Shown here: one piece after another, positions 8,214 to 16,507 of the stretch | Position numbering within the stretch: position 1 is the stretch's first letter | How the letters are laid out: each line of letters begins with the position of its first letter | Assembly: GCA_025356615.1 (NCBI GenBank) | Contig: JANXSH010001052.1 | Location: 1-34,062 of the forward strand | Reading direction: 5' to 3' | DNA length: 34,062 bases | Origin: Planctomycetia bacterium | GTDB lineage: Bacteria > Planctomycetota > Planctomycetia > Gemmatales > Gemmataceae | The notes under the pieces: generated by a model | What the model was told of the DNA's origin: nothing | What the model saw: the letters and a program-made list of their open reading frames with translations, nothing else | Database searches by the model: none | Made by a program: the position numbers and the translations under genes

Positions 8214-8380
8214 TGTCTACCTCCTGGCCTCTTCCGTGAGGATTGGTCCTGTCCTTCTGCGTCAGAATCCAACGCCCCTTACATAGCGACCCTCGACTTC
8301 CTGGGCAATCCCGATCTTGATTTGGAGTGTGACTACGGAAGTAGGCGAAGCCCATCGGTTGCAACCGGTAAGCTCTAATA

Positions 8381-8536
8381 GACGTTCCCGGTGAGGATGC
8401 CCCGTCCGGTCCCCTCGCCCCTGTACTCGGGGGAGAGGGGTTAGGGGTGAGGGGTTCTTAGCAGGCCATGCCTCTCCCCCTCTCCCCCGAGTACAGGGGA
8501 GGGGAGCAGGAGATCGGATACCCTCAACGGGAACGT
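8381..8536. repeat. Imperfect palindromic intergenic element, about 156 nt
   Basis: Outer arms are GACGTTCCCGGTGAGG (8381..8396) and CCCTCAACGGGAACGT (8521..8536). Inner arms are CCCCTGTACTCGGGGGAGAGGGG and CCCCTCTCCCCCGAGTACAGGGG. This is the G/C-rich motif that translates as ...SPL..RGEG.... Confidence 0.7.
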
Positions 8537-8560
8537 GTAGAAGGGCCTGTTTTCGCTTCC

Positions 8561-8934
8561 TTATTACCCCGGCCCGGAAGTATCGCAGTAATCTTAGCCC
8601 GACGCGCAAGCGAGGGATTGGGGTAGCCAGGCAAATACCCTCGCTCGCGCGTTTTGAAGTTGCGCGTTTGGAGCGATCACGGACGGACACGACCGGAGCG
8701 GCGATGCGTAAGCACGCCGGTGCAGGCTCGGGCCGGAAGGTCGACCACCGATCGCGTCGTCCCGTCCCCGGCGAGGCGACGATCCGGTCCCAGCCTGCAC
8801 CGGCGTGCTCACGCATCGCCGCTCCGGTATCCCAGCCGCCCCGTGGATCGCAGCTCGCCCAAACGCGCAACTTCAAAACTCGCGCGTCGGGCTAAGACTT
8901 CACTTCGTGATCTTCTTCCGGGCCGGGGTAATAT
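8561..8934. repeat. Large imperfect palindrome, about 370 nt (MITE-like or structured element)
   Basis: The arms are nested. TTATTACCCCGGCCCGGAAG (8561..8580) pairs with CTTCCGGGCCGGGGTAATA (about 8916..8934). TCTTAGCCCGACGCGC (8592..8607) pairs with GCGCGTCGGGCTAAGA (8882..8897). Inner pairs are TTTTGAAGTTGCGCGTTTGG / CCAAACGCGCAACTTCAAAA and CCGGAGCGGCGATGCGT.AGCACGCCGGTGCAGGCT / its complement. The left arm carries an extra hairpin of about 38 nt. The mirror-image ORFs on both strands (both starting MKLRVW...) confirm the symmetry. Confidence 0.7.
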
Positions 8935-8981
8935 TGCATATCGCGTTCGACTTTGCCGTCTCTGATCGGCAATCGAAGCGA

Positions 8982-11489
8982 TTACGCATCCTGCCCGCGA
9001 ATCTGCGCCTTCAGCGTTTGTCGCAGCCGGTTCTCGACGACTTTGTGGGCCTTCTCGATGTCCTTGTCCGTCAGCGTGCGGTCGTCGGCCTGGTAGGACA
9101 GAGCGTAGGCGAGACTCTTCGTTCCGGCGGGGATGCTGTCGCCGCGATATAGGTCGAACAGGCGCACGCTGCGTAGCAGACCGCCCCCGCCGGTGCGGAT
9201 CTCGGCCTCGACGCGCTCGGCGGGCAATTCTTCCGGGACGATGACGGCCACATCGCGCAATGCAGCCTGGAACCTCGCCACGGGTTGATAGGCGAAGCGT
9301 GCGGGCAACACCTGCCGCAGCACCGCGAGGTCGAGATCGAGGACGAGGACCGCCCGGCCCGCGAGGCCGAACGCGGGGGCCACCTTCGGATGCAGTTCGC
9401 CCATCACGCCGAGGACGATCGAGCCGGACGCCACCTCCGCACTCTTGCCGGGGTGCAGCATCGGCGACACCGTCGGGCGGAAGGTCACGCCGACGACGTG
9501 CAGGTCGGCCAGCAGACTTTCGACAAGCCCCTTGAGGTCGAAGAAATCCATCGTCCGGGTGTCGTTCATCGCCCCATCAGCCCAGAATTCCGGGCGGCGC
9601 TTGCCGCACAGGACGACGGCGAGTTTGCGCGGCTCGTCGGGGAGCTTCTGCCCCTCGCGAGGGACGTAGACCGAGCCGACCTCGAAGAGGCGAACCGCTT
9701 CGGCGTTCTCGAGATTGCGTTGCGCCACTTCGAGGACGCCGGACAGGATCGTCCGCCGCATCGAGGTGCGCTCACTCGAGATCGGGTTGCGCAGCGTGAC
9801 GTATTCGCCCGTCACGCCGAGCGGCTTCTCGCGCTCCGGGGTCGTCAACGAATAGGTGATGACCTCTTGCAGTCCGACGCCGACGAGTTGGTCGCGGAGT
9901 GTCTCCTCGAAGGCGACGGCCTCGTTGCCGAGTTGGGCGGGCAACTCCTCGGCGAGCATGGTCGAGGGGAGCCGGTCGTACCCCCAGAGCCGGACGAGAT
10001 CCTCGATGAGGTCGGCCGGCCCCTCCTGGATATCGAGCCGATGCGTGGGGACCGTTACCCGAAGCCCTCCTTCGACAGGCTCCACGCCGAATTCGAGCGT
10101 CTTCAGGATGCGCTCGCACTCGGTCGCCGGGATGTCGATGCCGACGAGGCGGCGGATCTTTGCCATCCGTAAGTCGATGACGCGAGGCGGCACCGGAGAC
10201 GGGTAGTTATCGACGACGCCTTTCGCCACCACGCCGCCCGCGTGCAGGCGCATCAACTCGCTGGCCCGCCCCAGCGCGATCGGCACCATCTCGGGGTGGA
10301 TGCCCTTGCTGAAACGCTGGCTCGCCTCGCTGATGAGGTCCAGACCTCGCATCGTGCGGCGAATGTTGAGGAAGTCGAAGCTCGCCGACTCCAGCAAGAC
10401 GCGCTTCGTCGTCAGGCTCACCTCCGTCTCGGCCCCGCCCATCACACCCGCCAGGGCGATCGGCCCGACGCCATCCGCGATGACGAGCATCTCCGGCGTC
10501 AACTCTCGCTTCATCCCATCGAGTGTTACGAGCGTCTCCCCCGCGCGGGCCGACCGCACGACGATGCGTGGCGCTTTGCCTCCCGCCCGGCGCTCCAACA
10601 CGTCGAGGTCGAACGCATGCAGCGGTTGGCCCCACTCGAGCATCACATAGTTCGTGATGTCCACGATGTTGTTGATGGGCCGCATCCCCGCGTAGGTCAA
10701 TCGCCGCTGCATCCACCCCGGCGCGGGGCCGACGGTCACGCCTTCGATGATCGCTGCCGCGTAGCGCGGCGAGAGCGCGACATCGTCGATGACGACCTCG
10801 ATTCGGCCCACGATGGCCGGGCCGTCGGTCTTGGGTGCATACGCGGGACAGGTCAGCGGTTGACCTGTCAGGGCAGCCACCTCGCGCGCGATGCCGACCA
10901 TCGAGAGACAGCGGGCCATGTTCGGTAACACGTCGGCCTCGAGGACGATGTCGCCCATGAAGTCGGCGAGCGGCACGCCGACGGGGGCATCTTCCTCGAG
11001 CAAGATGATGCCCTCGTGTTCGTCGCTGATGCCCAGTTCGTAGGCCGAGCAGACCATCGAATCACTCAACACGCCGCGAATCGTCGTCGGGCACAGTTCG
11101 CTAAGCCTCTTAGGTGTCGCGTGCCCGTCGAACAGCACCGAGCCAGTCAGCGCGAGAATGACCTTCTGCCCGCTGTCGCCGACGCTCAGGTTCGGCGCGC
11201 CGGTGAGGATCGTCTTCTCCGCGCCGACGGGGTACTCGACGACGGGCAGTTTGAGACGCTCGGCGTTGGGGTGTTGCCCGACGGAGAGGACGCGGGTGAT
11301 GACGATCTTGTCGCGGTCCCACACCGGGCCAGGCTCGTCCTGCCTCACGCGCAGTCCGTTGGGGACGGGCAAGCCGTAGGAGCGGAACCCGGACACCTCC
11401 AGGCCGGCGAGCGTGAGGCGCTGGGCCAGCTCGGCGACGGGCAGGTCGAGGGGGACATAGTCGGCGAGCCACTTCAGGGGGATCTTCAT
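8982..11489 (-). CDS. pheT: Phenylalanine--tRNA ligase beta subunit
   Basis: The track ORF is 8982..11678. The canonical N-terminus MKIPLKWLADYVPL begins at the ATG at 11489, giving 835 aa. Typical PheT tRNA-binding, B3/4, B5 and C-terminal FDX-ACB regions are recognisable. No pheS gene is adjacent. Confidence 0.92.
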   Translation of the reverse strand: MKIPLKWLADYVPLDLPVAELAQRLTLAGLEVSGFRSYGLPVPNGLRVRQDEPGPVWDRDKIVITRVLSVGQHPNAERLKLPVVEYPVGAEKTILTGAPNLSVGDSGQKVILALTGSVLFDGHATPKRLSELCPTTIRGVLSDSMVCSAYELGISDEHEGIILLEEDAPVGVPLADFMGDIVLEADVLPNMARCLSMVGIAREVAALTGQPLTCPAYAPKTDGPAIVGRIEVVIDDVALSPRYAAAIIEGVTVGPAPGWMQRRLTYAGMRPINNIVDITNYVMLEWGQPLHAFDLDVLERRAGGKAPRIVVRSARAGETLVTLDGMKRELTPEMLVIADGVGPIALAGVMGGAETEVSLTTKRVLLESASFDFLNIRRTMRGLDLISEASQRFSKGIHPEMVPIALGRASELMRLHAGGVVAKGVVDNYPSPVPPRVIDLRMAKIRRLVGIDIPATECERILKTLEFGVEPVEGGLRVTVPTHRLDIQEGPADLIEDLVRLWGYDRLPSTMLAEELPAQLGNEAVAFEETLRDQLVGVGLQEVITYSLTTPEREKPLGVTGEYVTLRNPISSERTSMRRTILSGVLEVAQRNLENAEAVRLFEVGSVYVPREGQKLPDEPRKLAVVLCGKRRPEFWADGAMNDTRTMDFFDLKGLVESLLADLHVVGVTFRPTVSPMLHPGKSAEVASGSIVLGVMGELHPKVAPAFGLAGRAVLVLDLDLAVLRQVLPARFAYQPVARFQAALRDVAVIVPEELPAERVEAEIRTGGGGLLRSVRLFDLYRGDSIPAGTKSLAYALSYQADDRTLTDKDIEKAHKVVENRLRQTLKAQIRGQDA

Positions 11490-11720
11490 CGTCGTCTCCG
11501 GGTCGGTACTCAGGAGGTAGTTGTAGGGACGGAGGGCGTGGCGGGTATCACCGGGCGCGAGGTTTTCCATACCGACCGGCAACGCGAAGTTGCGAGACGA
11601 GCCGGGTTTAGGAGAATTGTCGGCGGACGGGAGGAGACGATTGACGACTGCGGGAGGGACGGATAGGATTATCCGCAAGATGAGGCCGAATCAGCGGTGA
11701 GGCGACGGAGGGGCGACCGG

Positions 11721-12077
11721 ATGGGCGACGGCCAGCCTACAGACATAACGCTCCTGCTCGACAACCGCAATAACCCGCCTGCGCGGTGCGAACCAAACGA
11801 GGCGGGCTGGGTGCTGGACGGTCGGTGCGCGGCATATCGGGCAGACGGCACGCTACTGCTGGAGATCACTTACTGGCGGGGTGTCGCCCACGGCCCGTAC
11901 CGCGACCACTGGTCCAATGGCCGACTGGCAACCGAGGGACAATACGCCGACGGCATGCAGGAGGGCGAGTGGCGGTTCCACGACACGGTGCCGGGTAAAC
12001 CGCTGGAAGTGATCCAGTTCGTGGCCGGGCGGGAGGTCGTGGACGGGGATGCGTTCTTCGGGCGGCCACAGGGGTAG
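11721..12077 (+). CDS. MORN-repeat / YwqK-like protein
   Basis: Repeats of the form G.W..Y..NG.L..EG.Y..G...GEW.F are present (YWRGVAHGPYRDHWSNGRLATEGQYADGMQEGEWRFHD). The ATG at 11721 has a GGAGGGG Shine-Dalgarno sequence. The track ORF instead starts at the GTG at 11697. Confidence 0.65.
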   Translation: MGDGQPTDITLLLDNRNNPPARCEPNEAGWVLDGRCAAYRADGTLLLEITYWRGVAHGPYRDHWSNGRLATEGQYADGMQEGEWRFHDTVPGKPLEVIQFVAGREVVDGDAFFGRPQG

Positions 12078-12104
12078 CATAGACACGCGGCGAGCGGAGG
12101 TCGG

Positions 12105-12320
12105 ATGTACGCAACGGCAATGACTGTGATGCTGATCGGACTTGGGATGGTGCTGGTCGGTTGGCTGTTCTTCCGTAAGCCGGGAGTAGGGTTGTGGACG
12201 TTTGCCCCCGTGTGGCGGGCGAACCAATACCTCGAGCCACCAGGCGCGGCCCTCTGGATAGCGGGTTTGGTCGTCGGTTTCGTCGGCGTGGCCCTGCTCT
12301 GGACGTACGGCCTCCCCTAA
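12105..12320 (+). CDS. Small membrane protein, 71 aa, with two predicted TM helices
   Basis: ATG preceded by GGAGG 5 nt upstream. Two hydrophobic segments are present (MTVMLIGLGMVLVGWLFF and ALWIAGLVVGFVGVALLW). Confidence 0.55.
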   Translation: MYATAMTVMLIGLGMVLVGWLFFRKPGVGLWTFAPVWRANQYLEPPGAALWIAGLVVGFVGVALLWTYGLP

Positions 12321-12387
12321 CCAAACGCTGCATTTGACCAGCCGCCACAGCAGTCGGCGGCCAAGATACGAGTACGAGGAGAAAGCC

Positions 12388-12603
12388 ATGTTCGACCGCA
12401 TTACGTTCGAGCCACAGATCATGTGTGGCCGAGCTTGCATTCGCGGCATGCGAATTCCGGTGTCGGTCGTCGTAGGCCAGATCGCCCACGGTGCCACTTG
12501 GGACGAAATACTGCAAGGCTATCCCGACCTGGAACGGGAGGACATTCAGCAGTCGCTCGAATATGCCGCCTGGTTGACACACGAGGAAGTCCGGACCGCT
12601 TGA
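12388..12603 (+). CDS. DUF433-domain protein (antitoxin-like partner)
   Basis: MFDRITFEPQIMCGRACIRGMRIPVSVVVGQIAHGATWDEILQGYPDLEREDIQQSLEYAA is a typical DUF433 sequence. The ATG at 12388 has a GAGGAGAAA Shine-Dalgarno sequence. Confidence 0.85.
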   Translation: MFDRITFEPQIMCGRACIRGMRIPVSVVVGQIAHGATWDEILQGYPDLEREDIQQSLEYAAWLTHEEVRTA

Positions 12604-12615
12604 CGGAGAGAGCCT

Positions 12616-12984
12616 TTGCGATTCCTGGCAGACATGGGTGTATCGCAGCAAGTCGTAGAGTGGCTGCGCACGAATGGACATGACCTGGTTCATCTGCGCG
12701 AGGAGGAACTGCAACGCTTGCCGAATGGTGAGATTTTTCAGAAGGCAGCCCGCGAACAGCGGATCGTGCTGACACTCGACCTGGATTTCGGCGAAACACT
12801 CGCCGCGAGCGGGGACCAAATCGTCAGTGTCATTCTGTTTAGGCTGCGGAATACGCGGACCACTTTCGTGATCCAACGCCTCGAGGACGTGCTGACCCAT
12901 TCGAGCGCCGATCTGACACAAGGAGCTATTGTAATCGTCGAAGACGGCCGGCATCGCGTGCGCAGCCTTCCCATCCGCAGCTAG
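12616..12984 (+). CDS. DUF5615 / Mut7-C PIN-like protein (toxin-like partner of DUF433)
   Basis: TTG start giving MRFLADMGVS..., the usual N-terminus of this family. It lies 12 nt after the DUF433 gene, which is the conserved two-gene arrangement. Confidence 0.8.
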   Translation: MRFLADMGVSQQVVEWLRTNGHDLVHLREEELQRLPNGEIFQKAAREQRIVLTLDLDFGETLAASGDQIVSVILFRLRNTRTTFVIQRLEDVLTHSSADLTQGAIVIVEDGRHRVRSLPIRS

Positions 12985-12985
12985 A

Positions 12986-13063
12986 GCCAACGATCAGTAC
13001 CGCGTCTGCTCCCGTTGGGAGGGCGGCGAGGCGCACGAGGTGGAAATCGTCGTTTACTACTGA
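12986..13063 (+). pseudogene. higB: C-terminal remnant of a HigB (RelE/ParE-fold killer) toxin gene
   Basis: The frame ending at the TGA at 13061..13063 reads ...ANDQYRVCSRWEGGEAHEVEIVVYY*, matching the HigB C-terminal block (QYRICFRWEDG.A.DVEIVDYH). Everything upstream is replaced by the 3' end of the PIN-like gene. Confidence 0.6.
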
Positions 13064-13072
13064 GGAACTGCC

Positions 13073-13369
13073 ATGCCACGCCGCAAACTGCCGACGATCC
13101 ATCCCGGCGAAATATTATTAAAGGAGTTTCTCTCCCCCTCGGCGTCAGCCAATACCGGCTAGCAAAGGAGACGAGTGTGCCGCCACGGCGGATCAACGAG
13201 ATCGTGCGGGGGTTGCGGTCCGTCAGCGGACACGGCTCTGCGGTTGGCGCGATACTTCGGTACGTTAGAGCGGTTCTGGCTCAACCTTCGAGCACGCTAC
13301 GATCTGGAGGTGGAGAAGGACTGGCTTGGGAAGCGTCTCATTAGTTCTACTGTGCCGGTTCAGGCATGA
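13073..13369 (+). pseudogene. higA: HigA-type HTH antitoxin interrupted by two frameshifts
   Basis: MPRRKLPTIHPGEILLKEFLSP lies in frame 2 from 13073. LGVSQYRLAKETSVPPRRINEIVRGLRSVS lies in frame 1. ADTALRLARYFGTLERFWLNLRARYDLEV... returns to frame 2. The first shift falls in a C5 run near 13135 and the second near 13225. These could instead be sequencing errors. Confidence 0.6.
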
Positions 13370-13397
13370 TTCGAGAAGACGGCGATCAGGGATAACA

Positions 13398-13449
13398 GTA
13401 GGCCCCGCGAGCCGAGCGGGGCTGGTCCGGCTCGGCTCGCCGGACCTAC
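13398..13449. repeat. REP-like 52-nt hairpin element, copy 1
   Basis: GTAGGCCCCGCGAGCCGAGC-GGGGCTGGTCCG-GCTCGGCTCGCCGGACCTAC has 20-nt arms with 2 mismatches. A second copy at 18618..18669 differs by 1 nt. The flanking AACAGTAG/CTACTACTGTT extends the inverted repeat. Confidence 0.75.
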
Positions 13450-13571
13450 TACTGTTACCCCCCTCGAACCATCCCAACGGCACTAACTTTACTAAAGTCT
13501 CGAAACATCTCGAGGTAGACGATTCCGCGCGACGCTGCGAAACGGTCGCGCTTCTAACCCCGGTCGTTCCC

Positions 13572-14162
13572 TCACATCTCCGGCAACTGCCCCCCCAGCA
13601 AGGTGCTGATCTGGAGCGACGCTGCGGTGTACCGTCGTCGAACGGTGCGGACATCGATGTCGAGCAGGTCGGCGATCTCTTGCTGGGGCCAGCCGTGATA
13701 CAACACGAGGCTGAAGACCTCGCGTTCCTCGACGGGGAGTTTTTCGACGGCCTCGTGGAATCGGCTCCAGAGTTCGAGTTCGGCGGGTGCGATCGATTCC
13801 GGAGCCTTGGGTTCGCGGGCGAATCGCTCGTCGCCGCCTGCCTGGATCTTGCCGCGATAACGCCGCGCGAGGTCGAGCAACTCGCGCCGGACGTGGACAG
13901 CGGCCAGATTGAAGAAGTCGCGCGTCGTGGGAGGGTTGAGTTTCTTGAGCGTGTTGAGGAGTCGGCACACCGTCCCCTGGAACACGTCACTCGTATCGGC
14001 CCAGGTACGGACGTTGGGGTAGCTCTTCAGCATGCGCCGGGCCAGGTTTTCGAGGCGATGGCCGATAGCGCGGAAGAGTTCGTCGGCGGCCTTGGCGTCC
14101 CCCGCCTGCCAGCGCTGCACATATCCATGTAATTGAACGGAGTCCAGGCCTGGCTCTGACAT
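13572..14162 (-). CDS. ECF-type sigma-70 family RNA polymerase sigma factor
   Basis: The likely start is the ATG at 14162 (MSEPGLDS...); the track ORF extends to 14234. The region 2-like part is TSDVFQGTVCRLL. The region 4 HTH is EREVFSLVLYHGWPQQEIADLLDIDVRTVRRRYTAA. No anti-sigma gene is adjacent. Confidence 0.85.
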   Translation of the reverse strand: MSEPGLDSVQLHGYVQRWQAGDAKAADELFRAIGHRLENLARRMLKSYPNVRTWADTSDVFQGTVCRLLNTLKKLNPPTTRDFFNLAAVHVRRELLDLARRYRGKIQAGGDERFAREPKAPESIAPAELELWSRFHEAVEKLPVEEREVFSLVLYHGWPQQEIADLLDIDVRTVRRRYTAASLQISTLLGGQLPEM

Positions 14163-14292
14163 GCGAAAGACCTCCGACCGTGCGAAAAAGAGAAGCATGA
14201 TAGAGGATTGTATCGCGTCTCCTGGGAAGGACAATCGTCCCGGATCGGGAGAATCTCGAATCTCTGGGATGGCACCGAGGCTCTCCCTCGCG

Positions 14293-14298
14293 TATAAT
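14293..14298 (+). promoter_or_regulatory. Candidate -10 box (TATAAT) for the DEAD-box helicase gene
   Basis: A perfect TATAAT lies 45 nt upstream of the ATG at 14343. The -35 candidate is weak (TGGCAC at 14270..14275, 17-nt spacing). Confidence 0.35.
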
Positions 14299-14342
14299 CA
14301 CCTATGCGTCATCTTGATTTCGATCGCTCTCGCGAGAATGTA

Positions 14343-15584
14343 ATGCCTTTTCAGAAGTTCGACCTTCCCGCCCCCATCCTGCGGAACGTCCGCGCCCTCG
14401 GCTATACAGCCCCCACCCCCATCCAGGAACAGGCCATCCCGCTGATCCGCGCCGGCAACGATGTCGTCGGCGTAGCCCAGACCGGCACCGGAAAGACGGC
14501 CGCGTTCCTGCTGCCCGTCATCCAAAAGCTCCTCGAGAAGCCGCGCGGCTCGACCGGAGTTCTCGTCCTCGCCCCGACGCGCGAACTGGCCCAACAGGTC
14601 GAGAGCTGCTTCCGTGGCCTCGCCGCCGGGACGGCCCTCCGCTCCGCCCTCGTGATTGGCGGCGTCCCCGAGTCGCCGCAAGAGCGCGCCCTTCGCGCCG
14701 GCGTCGATCTCGTCGACGCCACGCCGGGCCGGCTGCTCGCGCTGCTGCGCGGTCGTTGCTCCATGCCGAACTTGCACACGCTCATTCTCGACGAAGCCGA
14801 TCAGATGTTCGACCTAGGCTTCCTGCCCGACATCAAGCGCATCGTCGCGATGCTGCCCGTGAAGCGCCAGACGATGCTCTTCTCGGCCACCATGCCGCCG
14901 GATGTCGCCCGCCTCAGTGCTGCGATCCTCACCAACCCGACGAACGTGACGGTCGGCGCGCAGGGCACGCCCATCGAGACCGTGACACAGATCGTCTACC
15001 CGGTGCCGAGCTACCGCAAGACGGCCCTCCTCGAACACCTACTCGAGCAGATGGAGCGGCCCTCCGTCCTCATCTTCACGCGCACCCGGCACGGTGCCCG
15101 CAAGCTCGCACGCACCCTGAACGACAAGGGCCACAACGTCACCGAGCTACACAGTGACCGCACCGCCGCCCAGCGGACGCGAGCCTTGCAAGGCTTCCGC
15201 GCTCGGATCTACCCGATCCTGGTGGCGACCAACATCGCCGCCCGCGGCCTCGACGTGCGCCACATCACGCACGTCATCAACTTCGACGTGCCCGCCGCGT
15301 CAGAGGAGTACGTCCACCGCATCGGTCGCACGGGCCGGGCCGGCGACGCGGGCGATTCGATGGTCTTCATGTCGCCCGACGAGAGTTCGATCCTCGCCCG
15401 CGTCGAGCGGCAACTCAAGTGCCGCCTGGCTCGCAGGGTTCTCCCTGATTTCGACTACGGCGCTCCGCCCCCTCCCAAGCACCAACCCGTCGGCACTGGA
15501 CAGGGCAAGCCCCGACGCCAGCCCGTCGGCGCGGGCGTCGGCGGTCCGAGCCGCAAGCCGTCGCGCGGCCAGGGACGCCGATGA
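14343..15584 (+). CDS. DEAD-box ATP-dependent RNA helicase (RhlE-like) with a basic C-terminal tail
   Basis: It carries the Q motif and AQTGTGKTAAF (motif I), LILDEADQMFDLGF (DEAD), SAT and HRIGRTGRAG (motif VI). The start is taken as MPFQKFDL at 14343. Confidence 0.92.
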   Translation: MPFQKFDLPAPILRNVRALGYTAPTPIQEQAIPLIRAGNDVVGVAQTGTGKTAAFLLPVIQKLLEKPRGSTGVLVLAPTRELAQQVESCFRGLAAGTALRSALVIGGVPESPQERALRAGVDLVDATPGRLLALLRGRCSMPNLHTLILDEADQMFDLGFLPDIKRIVAMLPVKRQTMLFSATMPPDVARLSAAILTNPTNVTVGAQGTPIETVTQIVYPVPSYRKTALLEHLLEQMERPSVLIFTRTRHGARKLARTLNDKGHNVTELHSDRTAAQRTRALQGFRARIYPILVATNIAARGLDVRHITHVINFDVPAASEEYVHRIGRTGRAGDAGDSMVFMSPDESSILARVERQLKCRLARRVLPDFDYGAPPPPKHQPVGTGQGKPRRQPVGAGVGGPSRKPSRGQGRR

Positions 15585-15589
15585 CGATT

Positions 15590-15639
15590 GCGCATGAGAA
15601 AGGGGCGACTCCAACCGGAGTCGCCCCTTTCTCATGCGC
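15590..15639. terminator. Perfect 23-bp hairpin between convergent genes (bidirectional terminator candidate)
   Basis: GCGCATGAGAAAGGGGCGACTCC-AACC-GGAGTCGCCCCTTTCTCATGCGC. It sits 6 nt after the helicase stop codon and 9 nt from the stop of the convergent Uma2 gene. Confidence 0.65.
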
Positions 15640-15647
15640 GGAGGACA

Positions 15648-16208
15648 TCAGGGGAACAGATCCGCGACGAGGCAAGAGAAACCCGGCAACACGTCGCCGC
15701 CCGTGAGGGTTTCGCCGTTCGAGAGGATGACTTGCTCCTGTCCAGGCCGACAGACGGCGACGCTGCGATCTTCCGGGACAGCAATCCAGACTTCGCGCGT
15801 GCCGGCTCGTAGATATTGCTGGACCTTGCGGAGCAGTTGCGTAAAGACATCGCTAGGCGACATCACCTCGACGACGAGATCGGGCGCGATTTCCGCGTAG
15901 CCCTTGCGGGGTGGCTCCGGCATACGCTCGCGGCTCCAGAACGCGATATCCGGCCCGCGCACCGTGTCAGGCCGATGCGCGAGAATGACGCCGCTGTCAT
16001 TGCTCGTGATCCATCCTAGCCGATGGTCGTCGATGAACCCGCCGAGTTTGCGGTCGAACTTCGAGCAAACCTGTCCGTGGTAGAAACTGGGCGGCGGCAT
16101 GGTGATGAGGACTCCTTGGACCAACTCCTGTTGTGTCCCGTCTTCGGGTGACGGCAAGAGGGCGAAATCCTCTGCTGTCATCAAGGGGATCGTCGAGATC
16201 GTGGACAT
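15648..16208 (-). CDS. Uma2 family (DUF820) PD-(D/E)xK endonuclease
   Basis: MSTISTIPLMTAEDFALLP...ELVQGVLITMPPP...GPDIAFW...APDLVVEVMSPSD... matches the typical Uma2 blocks. The start is taken at the ATG at 16208; the track ORF extends to 16292. Confidence 0.85.
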   Translation of the reverse strand: MSTISTIPLMTAEDFALLPSPEDGTQQELVQGVLITMPPPSFYHGQVCSKFDRKLGGFIDDHRLGWITSNDSGVILAHRPDTVRGPDIAFWSRERMPEPPRKGYAEIAPDLVVEVMSPSDVFTQLLRKVQQYLRAGTREVWIAVPEDRSVAVCRPGQEQVILSNGETLTGGDVLPGFSCLVADLFP

Positions 16209-16507
16209 TCCGTGTTCTCCCTGGTTGGCGCGAATCCATTGAATCTTACTTCGCTGCCTCCTGTTTGACCATCCCGAGTGAGGCGGAGCCACATCCCCGC
16301 AGTGAAGACGGAGCAGTTCCGCGCTTCACACTGGGTAAGTGGTGCAGCGATAGGTGCCTATCCTCGGTCTACCCATTTCGCCTGTTCTCACCCGAGGCCC
16401 GCTCCCCATTGGGGCCGAAGGGGAATGATTCAACTCCGAGAGGCCGAACGGCTGATGTTAAGGGAGACATTGCGTTCATTCCATCGGAAGGCTCTGGAGG
16501 GTGCCCC

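Noticed and set aside
8355-8366. Perfect 12-nt palindrome CGGTTGCAACCG upstream of the large palindromic elements as an operator site
   Set aside because: It is a single occurrence in a spacer with no adjacent promoter or regulator gene, and I cannot distinguish it from chance.
14270-14275. TGGCAC upstream of the helicase gene as a sigma-54 -24 element
   Set aside because: There is no GC-containing -12 element (TTGC) at the required spacing. Instead, a perfect sigma-70 TATAAT follows at 17 nt.
16133-16507. N-terminal 125-aa extension of the YiiX-like ORF, and the 28-aa extension of the Uma2 ORF (16209..16292)
   Set aside because: The extensions are Arg/Ser/Pro-rich with no family similarity. 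Internal ATGs give the canonical family N-termini: a signal peptide for the YiiX-like protein and MSTISTIP... for Uma2.
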